From an uncultured Gemmatimonadaceae bacterium (GTDB lineage: Bacteria > Gemmatimonadota > Gemmatimonadetes > Gemmatimonadales > Gemmatimonadaceae), in assembly GCA_963740355.1 (NCBI GenBank), contig CAVUDW010000002.1:2208001-2272000 (forward strand): a stretch of DNA of 64,000 nucleotides, written 5' to 3'. Shown piece after piece: positions 12,234-23,091 of the stretch. Within the stretch, counting starts at the first letter, position 1, and each line of letters begins with the position of its first letter. A model generated the notes under the pieces. The model searched no databases. It had not been told where the DNA came from and worked only from the letters and a program-made list of their open reading frames with translations. The position numbers were made by a program, and so were the translations under genes.

Positions 12234-13451
12234 ATGCCGTTCGGAACAGTTGCACAAGCCATCGAGGACCTGCGTCAGGGCAAGGTGATCGTCGTTGCCG
12301 ATGACGAGGATCGTGAAAACGAAGGGGACCTGATCTGCGCCGCCGAATTGATCACGCCCGAAGTGATCAACTTCATGTTGCAGGCGAAAGGCATGATCTG
12401 CCTCGCCATGACGCCGGAGAAGGTGCAGGCACTCGATCTTGGCCAGCAGGGCAAGGAGAACACTGACGCCTTCCGTACTGCCTTCACGGTCAGCATCGAT
12501 GCCGATGAGCGCTTCGGCGTCACCACCGGCATCAGCGCCAAGGACCGCGCGACGACGATTCGTGTTGCCGTCGATCCTCGCACCCAGCCGTCGGACCTGC
12601 GCCGCCCCGGTCACATCCATCCGCTGCGCGCACGCGAAGGTGGCGTGCTGAAGCGAGTGGGCCACACCGAAGCCGCAGTCGATCTTGCACGCATGGCCGG
12701 GCTGACCCCTGCCGGCGTGATCTGCGAGGTGCTGAACGAGGACGGCACTACCTCCAAGCGCGATCAGCTGGACGCGTTTGCAACGAAGCATGGCCTCACC
12801 TTCATCACCGTCGCGCAGCTGGTCGCGTATCGCCTGCAGACCGAGCGCCTGGTGCACCGCGTGGCCAACGCCCGCCTGCCCACCGAGTTCGGTGAATTCC
12901 GCATCGTCGGCTTCAAGAACGACCTTGATACCGCCGAGCATGTCGCGCTGGTGTACGGCGACATTTCGAGCGGCGAGGATGTGTTGGTGCGCATGCACTC
13001 GAAGTGCCTCACCGGCGACACCTTCCACTCGTTGCGTTGCGACTGCGGCTGGCAGCTCGAGACCACGATGCAGATGATCGTGAAGGAAGGCCGCGGCGTG
13101 ATCGTGTACCTCGATCAGGAGGGCAGGGGGATCGGCCTCCTCAACAAGCTGCGTGCGTACGAGTTGCAGGATGCCGGCGCCGATACCGTCGAGGCCAACG
13201 AACGTCTCGGCTTCGGCCCCGACCTGCGCAACTACGGCGTTGGCGCGCAGATCCTGCTCGACCTCGGCATCAAGTCGATTCGCGTCATCACGAACAATCC
13301 GAAGAAGATCGTCGGCCTCGAGGGCTACGGCCTGCGCGTGGCAGGCAAGGTCAGCCTCGAAGCGCCGTTGAACGACGAGAACACGAACTACCTGAAGGTG
13401 AAACGGTCGAAGCTCGGCCACCTGCCATTTACTGCCAAGCCCAATGCCTGA
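12234..13451 (+). CDS. ribBA: Bifunctional DHBP synthase / GTP cyclohydrolase II
   Basis: DDEDRENEGD, PGHIHPL, GHTEAAVDL, CLTGD..RCDCG, QEGRGIGL, TNNPKK. Confidence 0.96.
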   Translation: MPFGTVAQAIEDLRQGKVIVVADDEDRENEGDLICAAELITPEVINFMLQAKGMICLAMTPEKVQALDLGQQGKENTDAFRTAFTVSIDADERFGVTTGISAKDRATTIRVAVDPRTQPSDLRRPGHIHPLRAREGGVLKRVGHTEAAVDLARMAGLTPAGVICEVLNEDGTTSKRDQLDAFATKHGLTFITVAQLVAYRLQTERLVHRVANARLPTEFGEFRIVGFKNDLDTAEHVALVYGDISSGEDVLVRMHSKCLTGDTFHSLRCDCGWQLETTMQMIVKEGRGVIVYLDQEGRGIGLLNKLRAYELQDAGADTVEANERLGFGPDLRNYGVGAQILLDLGIKSIRVITNNPKKIVGLEGYGLRVAGKVSLEAPLNDENTNYLKVKRSKLGHLPFTAKPNA

Positions 13452-13947
13452 GTTCATCGGATCCCCGGACGGCACCGGTCGCCGCGCGGCGGTGATCGTC
13501 AGCCGCTTCAACGAAACCGTCACGCAGGCGCTTGGCGAAGGTGCAGTGTCGACGCTGGTCGAGTGTGGTGTCGTGTTCGACGACATCGACGTGATCGTCG
13601 TCCCCGGTGCATGGGAATTGCCCACGGCCACGAAGGCGTTGCTCGGCACGGGACGTTACGATCTGTGTGTCGTCGTCGGTGCAGTCGTGCGAGGTGGCAC
13701 GCCGCACTTCGAGTTCGTGGCGGGCGAAGTCTCGCGTGCAATCATGCAGTTGGGTACGGACTACGAAGTGCCGATCGGATTCGGGCTCCTCACGACGGAT
13801 ACCATGGCGCAGGCCGAAGAGCGTGCTGGTGGTGAACACGGCAACAAGGGTCGTGACGCCGCGTTGGCTGCGCTCGAGATGGCCGACCTGCTGGCGCGCC
13901 TGGATTCCCTCGGCGAGGAGGAGCTCGATGGCGAAGCCGAGGCTTGA
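13444..13947 (+). CDS. ribH: 6,7-dimethyl-8-ribityllumazine synthase
   Basis: SRFN, VPGAWELP, VRGGTPHFEFV, GNKG..AALAALEM. Confidence 0.95.
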   Translation: MPEFIGSPDGTGRRAAVIVSRFNETVTQALGEGAVSTLVECGVVFDDIDVIVVPGAWELPTATKALLGTGRYDLCVVVGAVVRGGTPHFEFVAGEVSRAIMQLGTDYEVPIGFGLLTTDTMAQAEERAGGEHGNKGRDAALAALEMADLLARLDSLGEEELDGEAEA

Positions 13948-14350
13948 GACGCGCGCGCGTTCTCGCGCGCTGCAGGCGGTGTATGCGTGGGATGTCCGCG
14001 GCCGTGAAGACCCACTCTCCACGGTGGCGCGCACCGTGTGGGACGACATCGGTATTCCACGCGACGAGCGGATGTTTGCTGGACTGATCGTCGCGGCCGT
14101 GGAGAAGGATCTCGGTGCGATCGATGCCGACCTCGAAGCCATCACCACCAACTGGCGCATCGATCGCCTTGGCGCCATCGAGCGCTGCGTGCTTCGCATC
14201 GCGGCGGCGGAGCTGCGGCAGATGGAGACGCCAGCCCGCGTGGTGCTGCAGGAAGCGGTGCGTCTCGCCGAGCGCTTCGGATCCGAGCAGAGTGCCAAGT
14301 TCGTGAACGGCGTGCTCGATGCGCTGGCCCGACGTCTCGACAAGCTCTGA
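13928..14350 (+). CDS. nusB: Transcription antitermination factor NusB
   Basis: R.RALQAVY, NWRIDRL..IERCVLR, EAVRLAERF, KFVNGVLD; follows ribH. Confidence 0.94.
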   Translation: MAKPRLETRARSRALQAVYAWDVRGREDPLSTVARTVWDDIGIPRDERMFAGLIVAAVEKDLGAIDADLEAITTNWRIDRLGAIERCVLRIAAAELRQMETPARVVLQEAVRLAERFGSEQSAKFVNGVLDALARRLDKL

Positions 14351-14353
14351 TCC

Positions 14354-15505
14354 GTGCGCCTGCTCGTCATCAACTGGCTCGATCGGGAGAATCCGCAGGC
14401 AGGGGGCGCGGAGACGCACCTGCACGAGATCTACGGTCGCTTGGCGAAGCGTGGACACGACGTCACGCTGCTGTGCAGCGGGTGGCCCGGCTGCCAGACG
14501 GAGACCGTGCTGGACGGCATGCGCGTGCGGCGGGTGGGCGGCCGGTGGAATTTCGCGCTCCACGTGATGGGCGCATACCGCAAGCTCCGGCGCGAGGCGC
14601 GGTTCGACATCGTGGTCGAGGACATCAACAAGCTGCCGTTGTTCACGCCGCTGTGGGTGAAGGAGCCAGTCGACGTCGTCGTCCCCCACCTGTTCGGCTG
14701 GACCGCGTTTCGTGAAGCGGGGTGGGCCGTGGCCGGTACGGTCGTGGCGGCCGAACGGGCCATTCCGGCGGTCTATCGTCGCTGCGATTTCACCGCCATC
14801 AGCGAGAGCACGCGGAGCGATCTGCTCGCTCGCGGGGTAGCAGTGGAGCGAACGCGAGTGATCTACTGCGGGATCGACAGCCAGACGTTCACACCGGCGC
14901 CTGAGCTCCGATCTCCAACTCCCATCATCGCTTACGTGGGTCGGCTCCGGCGCTACAAGGGTGTCGAGCTCATCCTGGAGGCGGTGGCGGCGATGCAGGA
15001 TCGTCGGGTCGAAGTCGAGATTGCGGGGACAGGGGACGATCGTCCCCGATTGGAAGCCCTCGCGGCGTCGCTTGACCTCGGCCGGCGCGTACGGTTTCTT
15101 GGATTCGTGAGTGAGGCGGAGAAGTCTGCCTTGCTCCGGAGAGCGTGGATCGTGAGCCTGACGTCTCCCAAGGAGGGGTGGGGCATCACGAACCTGGAGG
15201 CGGCGGCGTGCGGGACGCCAGTGGTGGCGTCCGACTCCCCGGGCCTGCGCGAATCAGTGCTGGATGGACGGACTGGATTCCTCGTGCCACATGGCGATGT
15301 CGCAGCACTCGCCGGTGCGTTCGATCGAATCATCGCCGATCCGGCATTGGTCACCCGACTCGGGACGGCCGGACGAGCTTTCGCTGAGTCTTTCACCTGG
15401 GAGTCCGCTGCCGATCACACCGAGGCGCACTTGCTGCAACGGGTGCGCGAAGGAGGGCACGCTGGTGGAGATCATTTTTCACGCGCACAACGCCACAATT
15501 CCTGA
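14354..15505 (+). CDS. Glycosyltransferase family 4
   Basis: NWLDRENPQAGGAE, YVGRLRRYKG, KEGWGITNLEAAACGTPVV. Confidence 0.9.
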   Translation: MRLLVINWLDRENPQAGGAETHLHEIYGRLAKRGHDVTLLCSGWPGCQTETVLDGMRVRRVGGRWNFALHVMGAYRKLRREARFDIVVEDINKLPLFTPLWVKEPVDVVVPHLFGWTAFREAGWAVAGTVVAAERAIPAVYRRCDFTAISESTRSDLLARGVAVERTRVIYCGIDSQTFTPAPELRSPTPIIAYVGRLRRYKGVELILEAVAAMQDRRVEVEIAGTGDDRPRLEALAASLDLGRRVRFLGFVSEAEKSALLRRAWIVSLTSPKEGWGITNLEAAACGTPVVASDSPGLRESVLDGRTGFLVPHGDVAALAGAFDRIIADPALVTRLGTAGRAFAESFTWESAADHTEAHLLQRVREGGHAGGDHFSRAQRHNS

Positions 15506-15785
15506 GCCCCTCAAGGGACGCGCAGAGCGCGCTGTCCTGAAGTTCGGGCGCCGTCTGCAGCGTGCCGTTGACGCTGTCGTGCGATTCGAGGACGATGGAC
15601 CGACCCGCCGGGTCGAAATCGTGCTCCACGCACCCAGACAGCGAAACCTCGTTGCCGAGGGTCGTTCGCGGTCCTACGCCGCAGCGCTGAAGGACGCGCT
15701 GACACGACTGCAGGCACAGATCCCGAAGAAGAACCCGATGCGAACTCGCGTCCGGGTATCCGCCTTGGCATCGCGGAGCGCGTGA
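15465..15785 (+). CDS. Short HPF/RaiA-family ribosome-associated protein
   Basis: HPF-like pattern; AGGAGG SD at 15451; immediately upstream of hprK. Confidence 0.7.
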   Translation: MEIIFHAHNATIPEPLKGRAERAVLKFGRRLQRAVDAVVRFEDDGPTRRVEIVLHAPRQRNLVAEGRSRSYAAALKDALTRLQAQIPKKNPMRTRVRVSALASRSA

Positions 15786-16780
15786 CGACGACTCTTTCGG
15801 TCGGCCGCCTCTTCGAGCGGCTGAAGGACATCCTTGAACTGGAACCGATCGGTGAGGCCACTGGCCTCGACCGGCCCGTGACGAGCCCGGAGGTGTCAAG
15901 CCCCGGGCTCGTTCTGGCTGGATACACCGAACGGTTCGTGGCCGATCGCTGCCAGATCCTCGGCGAAACGGAAATCACCTACATCGGCTCTCTGGAAGAG
16001 ACGCGGCGCCTGGAGGTGCTGCGTCTTTTCTTCCGGCTGCCGTTCCCCTGCTGCTTCATCACCAAGAAGCTCGACCTGAGCGATGAGTTCCTGCGAGAGG
16101 CAGCCCTCGCCGGCATGCCGATCTTTCGCTCGCCGCTGAAGACCAACGAGTTCTATCGCCGCATCAAGCCGGCGATGGAAGAGGAGTTCGCCCCACGCAC
16201 CACGCTCCACGGTTCGCTGGCGGACGTCTACGGCGTCGGCTTGCTGCTCGTCGGACAGAGCGGCATCGGCAAGTCGGAGTGTGTGCTCGATCTCGTGGAA
16301 CGCGGCCACCGGATGGTGGCCGACGACATGGTCATCGTGCTCAAGCGCGGCAACGATGTCCTGATCGGCAAGGGCCACGAACTGCAGCGGCATCACATGG
16401 AGATCCGCGGCGTCGGGTTGGTGGACATCCCGGCGTTGTTCGGCATCCGCGCGGTCCGACAGCAGAAGCGCATCGAAGTCGCGGTGGAGCTCGAGCTCTG
16501 GCGTGGTGATGCCCATCTTGACCGGACAGGCCTCGACATGGAGACCACCGACATTCTCGGCGTCCCCATTCCGCGCATTCGCGTGCCCCTCAATCCCGGG
16601 AAGAACATCACCGTGATTCTCGAGGTGCTGGCGATGAACCATCTTCTGCGCTACGCTGGCGTGAATCCCGCTGAGCAATTCAACGAGCGCCTCATCGCGC
16701 GCATGCGCAACGCGACCGACGCCCGCAACAGCACGCGTGACGTCGAAGTGCGACGCTACCTGCAGGAAGACAATGAGTGA
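15782..16780 (+). CDS. hprK: HPr(Ser) kinase/phosphorylase
   Basis: PGLVLAGY, HGSLADVYGVG, GQSGIGKSE, VADD, MEIRGVG. Confidence 0.96.
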   Translation: MTTTLSVGRLFERLKDILELEPIGEATGLDRPVTSPEVSSPGLVLAGYTERFVADRCQILGETEITYIGSLEETRRLEVLRLFFRLPFPCCFITKKLDLSDEFLREAALAGMPIFRSPLKTNEFYRRIKPAMEEEFAPRTTLHGSLADVYGVGLLLVGQSGIGKSECVLDLVERGHRMVADDMVIVLKRGNDVLIGKGHELQRHHMEIRGVGLVDIPALFGIRAVRQQKRIEVAVELELWRGDAHLDRTGLDMETTDILGVPIPRIRVPLNPGKNITVILEVLAMNHLLRYAGVNPAEQFNERLIARMRNATDARNSTRDVEVRRYLQEDNE

Positions 16781-16802
16781 GCAGGAATGAGCATGCGTGA
16801 AC

Positions 16803-17204
16803 ATGAGTGACATGCCGTCCCGGGCCCAGGCACTGGTGATTGGCCACAAGGACTTTGCCGCCGGCATGATCTCGGCCGTGACGGCCATCACTGGTCGCGA
16901 GGACCTGTTCCGCGCCGCCAGCAACTACGGCCTCGATACCCGTGCCACCGAGGCGATGCTGCGCGACGCGATCGCCGACGGCGTCACCATCATCTTCTCT
17001 GACCTGCCGGCTGGCTCCACCACGATGGCGGCGAGGCGTGCACAGCGCGATCATCCCGCTGTCACGGTTGTCACCGGGGTGAACCTGCCCGTCCTGCTGG
17101 ACTACGCCTTCGCGGCACCCGATGCCGCACATGCTGCCGACACGGCCGTCGAAAAGGGACGCGCCGCGATGATGGTTGCTCGAGGATCTGCACGTGCCGA
17201 TTGA
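16803..17204 (+). CDS. PTS mannose/fructose-family EIIA
   Basis: LVIGH..FA (phospho-His), SDLPAGS, TGVNLPVLL; start could be 16797. Confidence 0.85.
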   Translation: MSDMPSRAQALVIGHKDFAAGMISAVTAITGREDLFRAASNYGLDTRATEAMLRDAIADGVTIIFSDLPAGSTTMAARRAQRDHPAVTVVTGVNLPVLLDYAFAAPDAAHAADTAVEKGRAAMMVARGSARAD

Positions 17205-17685
17205 ATTGCACCGCATCGATGATCGCCTGATCCATGGGCAGGTCGTCGTCGGGTGGGGACAGCCACTCGAACTCCGCTTCCTCGTGCTGGTCGACGATGA
17301 GGTGGCGGCCAGCGAGTGGGAACAGGAGCTGTACCGGATGGGCGTGCCGCCCGACATGCGCGTCGAATTCGTCTCGGTGGCGCAAGCCGTCGAGCGCTAT
17401 GCGAGCTTCGTCTCGGATCCCAAGCCGGGCATGCTCCTCACGGGCGACATCGACACGATGGCGCGGCTCTGTGCGTCCATCCCGGCGCTGCGCCGCGTCA
17501 ATCTCGGCGGCGTCCATCATCGGGCCGGTCGCGCGCAGAAGCTGCGCTACATCTTCCTCACCAGTGCCGAAGAAGCCGAGTTGCGCGCGATGGCCGCCAG
17601 TGGCGTCGAGATTTCGGCGCAGGACGTACCGGCAGCGCGTGTGATCCCACTCGATCACATCCTCGCAGGCGAGGCGCTTGCGTGA
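17194..17685 (+). CDS. PTS mannose-family EIIB
   Basis: RIDDRLIHGQV, VNLGGVH. Confidence 0.92.
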   Translation: MPIELHRIDDRLIHGQVVVGWGQPLELRFLVLVDDEVAASEWEQELYRMGVPPDMRVEFVSVAQAVERYASFVSDPKPGMLLTGDIDTMARLCASIPALRRVNLGGVHHRAGRAQKLRYIFLTSAEEAELRAMAASGVEISAQDVPAARVIPLDHILAGEALA

Positions 17686-18374
17686 TCGTTGATGTGCTGG
17701 TGCTCGGCGTGCTGGGCGCAATTCTCGGCCTGGACGTCGTGAGTTTCCCGCAGGCCCAGGTGTCACGACCGATCGTCTCGGCCACGCTCGGTGGCGCATT
17801 CATGGGTAATGCCGGTGTCGGGTTGCTCTGTGGTGTGCTGCTCGAGCTGTTCGCGCATGAGACGCTGCCGTTTGGCGCGTCACGTTATCCCGAATGGGGA
17901 TCGTCGTCGCCTATCGCAGGTGCTGCGGCGGCCGTCGGCGCGGCCGCGGGCGACGTGCATATGTCACTGCTCTTCGCCGTGCCGTTCGGCTTGCTCACCG
18001 CGAGCATCGGCGGATGGACGATGGTGCAGCTCCGGCAGTTGAATGCGCGCCTCGCACGCCGGCGATTGGATGCGCTGGCACGCGGCTCTGCGCGGACGGT
18101 GGCAGGATTGCAGGTGGCGGGGGCGACCGCCGACCTCGCGCGGTCCGGCGGGCTGGCATTGATCGCCGCCTGCTTCGCGCTGCCCACGGTGCGGTGGATC
18201 GCCGTGCAACCGGCACCGCTGTCGCCGTACGCCATGCCGATGCTCGCGGCGCTCGGTGGCGCCGTATCCGCAGGGGCCGCGTGGAAGATGTTTCACTCCA
18301 CATCCGGAACGCGCTGGTTTGGACTGGTGGGTCTGGCCTGCGGCACGGCGCTCGTCTTCCTCATGTCGCGATGA
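17682..18374 (+). CDS. PTS mannose-family EIIC
   Basis: LD...FPQAQVSRPIV, G..LEL, hydrophobic helices. Confidence 0.85.
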   Translation: MIVDVLVLGVLGAILGLDVVSFPQAQVSRPIVSATLGGAFMGNAGVGLLCGVLLELFAHETLPFGASRYPEWGSSSPIAGAAAAVGAAAGDVHMSLLFAVPFGLLTASIGGWTMVQLRQLNARLARRRLDALARGSARTVAGLQVAGATADLARSGGLALIAACFALPTVRWIAVQPAPLSPYAMPMLAALGGAVSAGAAWKMFHSTSGTRWFGLVGLACGTALVFLMSR

Positions 18375-19192
18375 CCGACGCTCCGCGCCCCGCTGGCGCC
18401 CCGGTGACGCCACTCTCGACGCCGTCGCTCACGATCCCGCAATTGCCCACCGCAACGCGCCTGGCAATGATCGGGCGTCTGTTCGCGGTGCAAGCGTCCT
18501 GGAACTACGAGATCCTCATCGGCAACGGCATCGGCTTCTGTGTCGAGCCTGCGTTGCGACTGCTGCCTGGTGGCGCTGGCGGAGAAGCGTACCGAGCGGC
18601 TTTGGCGCGGCAAAGTCAGTATTTCAACGCGCACCCCTACCTGTCGAGCTTCGCGGTGGGTGCGCTCGCCCGCGCGGAACTCGAAGGCCAGCCACCCGCG
18701 CGCATCGAACGGTTTCGCACTGCGCTCTGTGGACCACTAGGTAGTGTGGGCGATCGACTGGTCTGGGTGGGGCTGCTGCCGACCTGTTCCTTTGCCTCGT
18801 TACTGCTGTTCGGGCTTGGGTTTCCAGCCCTCTGGTGCGTGCTGGTCTTCCTTCTGTTGTACAATGCGGGGCACGTGTCGCTGCGGCTGTGGGGATTGCG
18901 GATGGGGTGGGAGAAAGGACTGGCGGTTGCCACCGCTCTCGCCCACCCGGTTCTGCGCGAAGGTCCGGTGTGGCTCGCACGGGCTGGCACGCTGCTCGCT
19001 GGCGCCGCAGTGCCGTTGACCGTGATGCGATTGGTGGATGGTGGTGGCCTCGCGCGCACCGGTATCACGCTCGGTGCCGCCGCAGTCGGTGCGAGCGCGT
19101 TGGTCTTGTTTCACGGTCGCGTCGAAGGGTGGCGACTGGCTCTACTCGCCGGGTTTGCAGCGCTTGTCTTCTTCCTCCTCCGTCATGCCTGA
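18371..19192 (+). CDS. PTS mannose-family EIID
   Basis: QASWNYE, YFNAHPY, GPLGSVGDRL. Confidence 0.9.
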   Translation: MTDAPRPAGAPVTPLSTPSLTIPQLPTATRLAMIGRLFAVQASWNYEILIGNGIGFCVEPALRLLPGGAGGEAYRAALARQSQYFNAHPYLSSFAVGALARAELEGQPPARIERFRTALCGPLGSVGDRLVWVGLLPTCSFASLLLFGLGFPALWCVLVFLLLYNAGHVSLRLWGLRMGWEKGLAVATALAHPVLREGPVWLARAGTLLAGAAVPLTVMRLVDGGGLARTGITLGAAAVGASALVLFHGRVEGWRLALLAGFAALVFFLLRHA

Positions 19193-19451
19193 GCGCACAG
19201 TCGAGATCCTGAACCGGAATGGGTTGCACGCGAGACCCGCGGCCGAAGTCGTGAAGACGGCTGCGCGGTATCAGGCGGCAATCACCATCGTGCGTGATGA
19301 TGTCGAGGTCAACGGCAAGAGCATCATGGGCGTGATGATGCTGGCTGCGGAGTGCGGCGCCGCGATCACGATCCGCGCCGACGGCCCGGATGCGGATGCG
19401 GCGTTGGATGCCCTCGCGGCGCTCGTCGCCGGTCGGTTCGGGGAGCACTGA
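19185..19451 (+). CDS. ptsH: Phosphocarrier protein HPr
   Basis: GLHARPAA (His15), NGKSIMGVMML (Ser46). Confidence 0.95.
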   Translation: MPERTVEILNRNGLHARPAAEVVKTAARYQAAITIVRDDVEVNGKSIMGVMMLAAECGAAITIRADGPDADAALDALAALVAGRFGEH

Positions 19452-21250
19452 TGGAACGCATGCTGCGTGGATTGCCGGCCTCGCCGGGAATCGTTGCAGG
19501 ACCGGTGCATCTCCTGCGATGGGAGGTGCCTGACGTCCCGCCACGCATCGTGACCGAGGCAGAAGTCCCGCACGAACTCGAGCGCTTTCATGACGCCGTG
19601 GCACGGGCCCAGGATCGGCTTCGCCACGTGCGGGATCGCGCCGCCCATCAGGCGGGCACCGAAGAATCGATGATCTTCGAGGTGCAGATCTCGATGCTCG
19701 AGGATCGGACGCTGAACCAGGAAGTCGAGGCGTTCATCCGCGAGCGCCGTGCGGCCGAACATGCCTTCGACCTCGTGATGCTCGAGTGGCGTCGTCGATT
19801 TGGTCGCGCTTCAGCTCCAATGCTGCGCGAGCGCGTCGGCGACCTGATGGACCTGCACATCCGCGTGCTCGGCATCCTCCTCGCGCTGCCCGACAGTGAT
19901 CCGGTGGACCTGCCCAAGGGCAGCAATGCCATCCTCGTCACGCATGACCTGACCCCGTCGCTCACGGTGCAGCTCGATCGCGAGGCGATCGCGGCGCTCG
20001 CAACGGACGAAGGCACCAGCACCAGTCACGTCGCCATCCTCGCGCGTTCACTGGGACTACCGGCGGTCGTTGGTCTGCGCGACGCCACCATGCGGCTGCG
20101 CAACACCGATCGGGTGGTGCTCGACGGCACGACCGGTGTGCTGGTCGTCAATCCGACCGACGAGGAAATCTCGCAGGCCCGATTGCGCGCCGAGCAGGCC
20201 GCGATCCTCGAGGAAAGCCTGCGCTCGCAGGCCGGCGTCGCCGCACAACTGCGTGGCGGTGAGCGCATCTTTCTTCGCGCCAACGTCGACATCCCGGAAG
20301 AATCCGAGTTGGCGGCGGAAAGTGGTGCCGACGGTGTTGGACTGATGCGTACCGAGTTCGTCGTCCTGGGTCGAACGTCGATGCCAGACGAGGACGAGCA
20401 GTACCGCGCCTATCGTCGCGTCGTGGACGCATTCGCCGGCAAGCCGGTCGTCATTCGCACCTTCGACATCGGTGGCGACAAGTTGCCGGTCGGTGGATTC
20501 CCGACCGAGCCCAATCCGTTCCTCGGCTGGCGCGCGATCCGCATGTGCCTCGACCAGCCGGAATTGTTCCTGGTGCAGCTGCGCGCCTTGCTGCGTGCGG
20601 CGGCGCATGGCGACGTGCGCATCCTGCTGCCGCTCGTGGTGAGCGTCGACGAAGTGCGTCGCACTCGTGCGCTGATCGCCGAGGCGGCCCGCACGCTGAA
20701 CGAACGCGGCGCGGTGTTCCGGGACCGGGTGCAGGTCGGTGTGATGATCGAGACGCCAGCGGCCGCAGTGGCCGCGGACACCTTCGTCAATGATGCGGAT
20801 TTTTTCAGCATCGGCACCAACGACCTGGTGCAGTACACGCTGGCCGTGGATCGTGGCAACGTGAACCTCGCCAATCGGTTCACCCCGCTGCATCCGGCGG
20901 TGCTGCGGCTGATCCAGCAGACCGTGGAGGCCGGGCGGAAGCGGGGCCTCGAGGTCGGTGTGTGCGGCGAGATGGGCTCGCAGCCGCTGACGGCGTTCGT
21001 GCTGGTGGGCCTCGGTATCCGAAATCTCAGCGTGGCGCCACGCGCGGTGCCGCTGATGAAGCGCATGCTCCGCAGCGTCTCGGCCGAGTCTGCACGCGAG
21101 GCGGCAGACGCAGCGCTGGCGAGCTCGACGGCCGCAGAGGCCGAGCGGATCGTGCGCCGTCTGCTGCAAGCGGCCGCGTTTGACCTGTCGCCTGCCGAGC
21201 TTGGGTTGCTCGGCTCGGAGACCGGGGATATTTTGGGATACGCAGTCTGA
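19451..21250 (+). CDS. ptsI: PEP-protein phosphotransferase (Enzyme I)
   Basis: ASPGI, TSHVAILARSLG, GLMRTEF, NPFLGWRAIR, SIGTNDL, GVCGE. Confidence 0.96.
   Translation: MERMLRGLPASPGIVAGPVHLLRWEVPDVPPRIVTEAEVPHELERFHDAVARAQDRLRHVRDRAAHQAGTEESMIFEVQISMLEDRTLNQEVEAFIRERRAAEHAFDLVMLEWRRRFGRASAPMLRERVGDLMDLHIRVLGILLALPDSDPVDLPKGSNAILVTHDLTPSLTVQLDREAIAALATDEGTSTSHVAILARSLGLPAVVGLRDATMRLRNTDRVVLDGTTGVLVVNPTDEEISQARLRAEQAAILEESLRSQAGVAAQLRGGERIFLRANVDIPEESELAAESGADGVGLMRTEFVVLGRTSMPDEDEQYRAYRRVVDAFAGKPVVIRTFDIGGDKLPVGGFPTEPNPFLGWRAIRMCLDQPELFLVQLRALLRAAAHGDVRILLPLVVSVDEVRRTRALIAEAARTLNERGAVFRDRVQVGVMIETPAAAVAADTFVNDADFFSIGTNDLVQYTLAVDRGNVNLANRFTPLHPAVLRLIQQTVEAGRKRGLEVGVCGEMGSQPLTAFVLVGLGIRNLSVAPRAVPLMKRMLRSVSAESAREAADAALASSTAAEAERIVRRLLQAAAFDLSPAELGLLGSETGDILGYAV
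21206..21234 (+). promoter_or_regulatory. Putative internal promoter for metK inside the ptsI 3' end
   Basis: TTGCTC-N17-TATTTT followed by an AT-rich leader. Confidence 0.4.
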
Positions 21251-21293
21251 CATATAAAGATTTCCTTATACCTTTCTCTCCACCCCCACGGCT

Positions 21294-22490
<1,197 letters not shown>

Positions 22491-22497
22491 CAGTGTG

Positions 22498-22531
22498 GCG
22501 CCGGCGCCCGTCGCAATGCGGGTGCCGGCGC
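22498..22531 (+). terminator. GC-rich hairpin after metK (terminator or stabiliser)
   Basis: GCGCCGGCGCCCG / CGGGTGCCGGCGC 13-bp stem; no U-tract. Confidence 0.45.
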
Positions 22532-22565
22532 ACTCCTGATCGATTGCATTTCCGGAGGATCGTCC

Positions 22566-23087
22566 ATGATTGAGATGCGCGTTGCGCGGCTCGGTGTGGA
22601 CAGCACCGCGAACACCTACGTCGTGGTGCTGCGCGAACTGCATGGCCCGCGCGTGCTGCCGATCTGGATCGGGCAGCCGGAGGCGGAGTCGATCGTGATG
22701 GAGTTGCAGTCCGTGACGCGCGAGCGACCGATGACGCACGACCTGGTGAAGCAGATCGTGCTCGGACTCGGTGCCATCGTCCGCCGCGTCGTCATCAGCC
22801 GCGTCGAGCGCGGGACGTACTACGCGGAGTTGCAGTTGCAACGCGGCGACGAGCTGGTCTCGGTCGATGCACGGCCGAGCGACTCGATCGCCATTGCATT
22901 GCGCACCGGTGCGGCCATCTTTGCCGCGGACGACCTGTTGGTCACGCTCGAAGATGAGGATGAGCCCCTTGCGCCACCGCCGATTCCCGACGGTGACCGA
23001 TCATCGGGCCCTGATATGAGCCCGGATGAACTCAAGGCGTATCTCCAGCGACTGCGGCCCGAGGATCTTGGCAAGTTCATGCCCTGA
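22566..23087 (+). CDS. Bifunctional nuclease family protein (DUF151)
   Basis: LPIWIG..EA, RPMTHDL, DARPSDSIAIALR; GGAGG SD. Confidence 0.92.
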   Translation: MIEMRVARLGVDSTANTYVVVLRELHGPRVLPIWIGQPEAESIVMELQSVTRERPMTHDLVKQIVLGLGAIVRRVVISRVERGTYYAELQLQRGDELVSVDARPSDSIAIALRTGAAIFAADDLLVTLEDEDEPLAPPPIPDGDRSSGPDMSPDELKAYLQRLRPEDLGKFMP

Positions 23088-23091
23088 TCGC

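Noticed and set aside
21251..21293. Possible SAM riboswitch before metK
   Set aside because: Leader is about 43 nt of AT/pyrimidine-rich sequence with no SAM-I/II consensus
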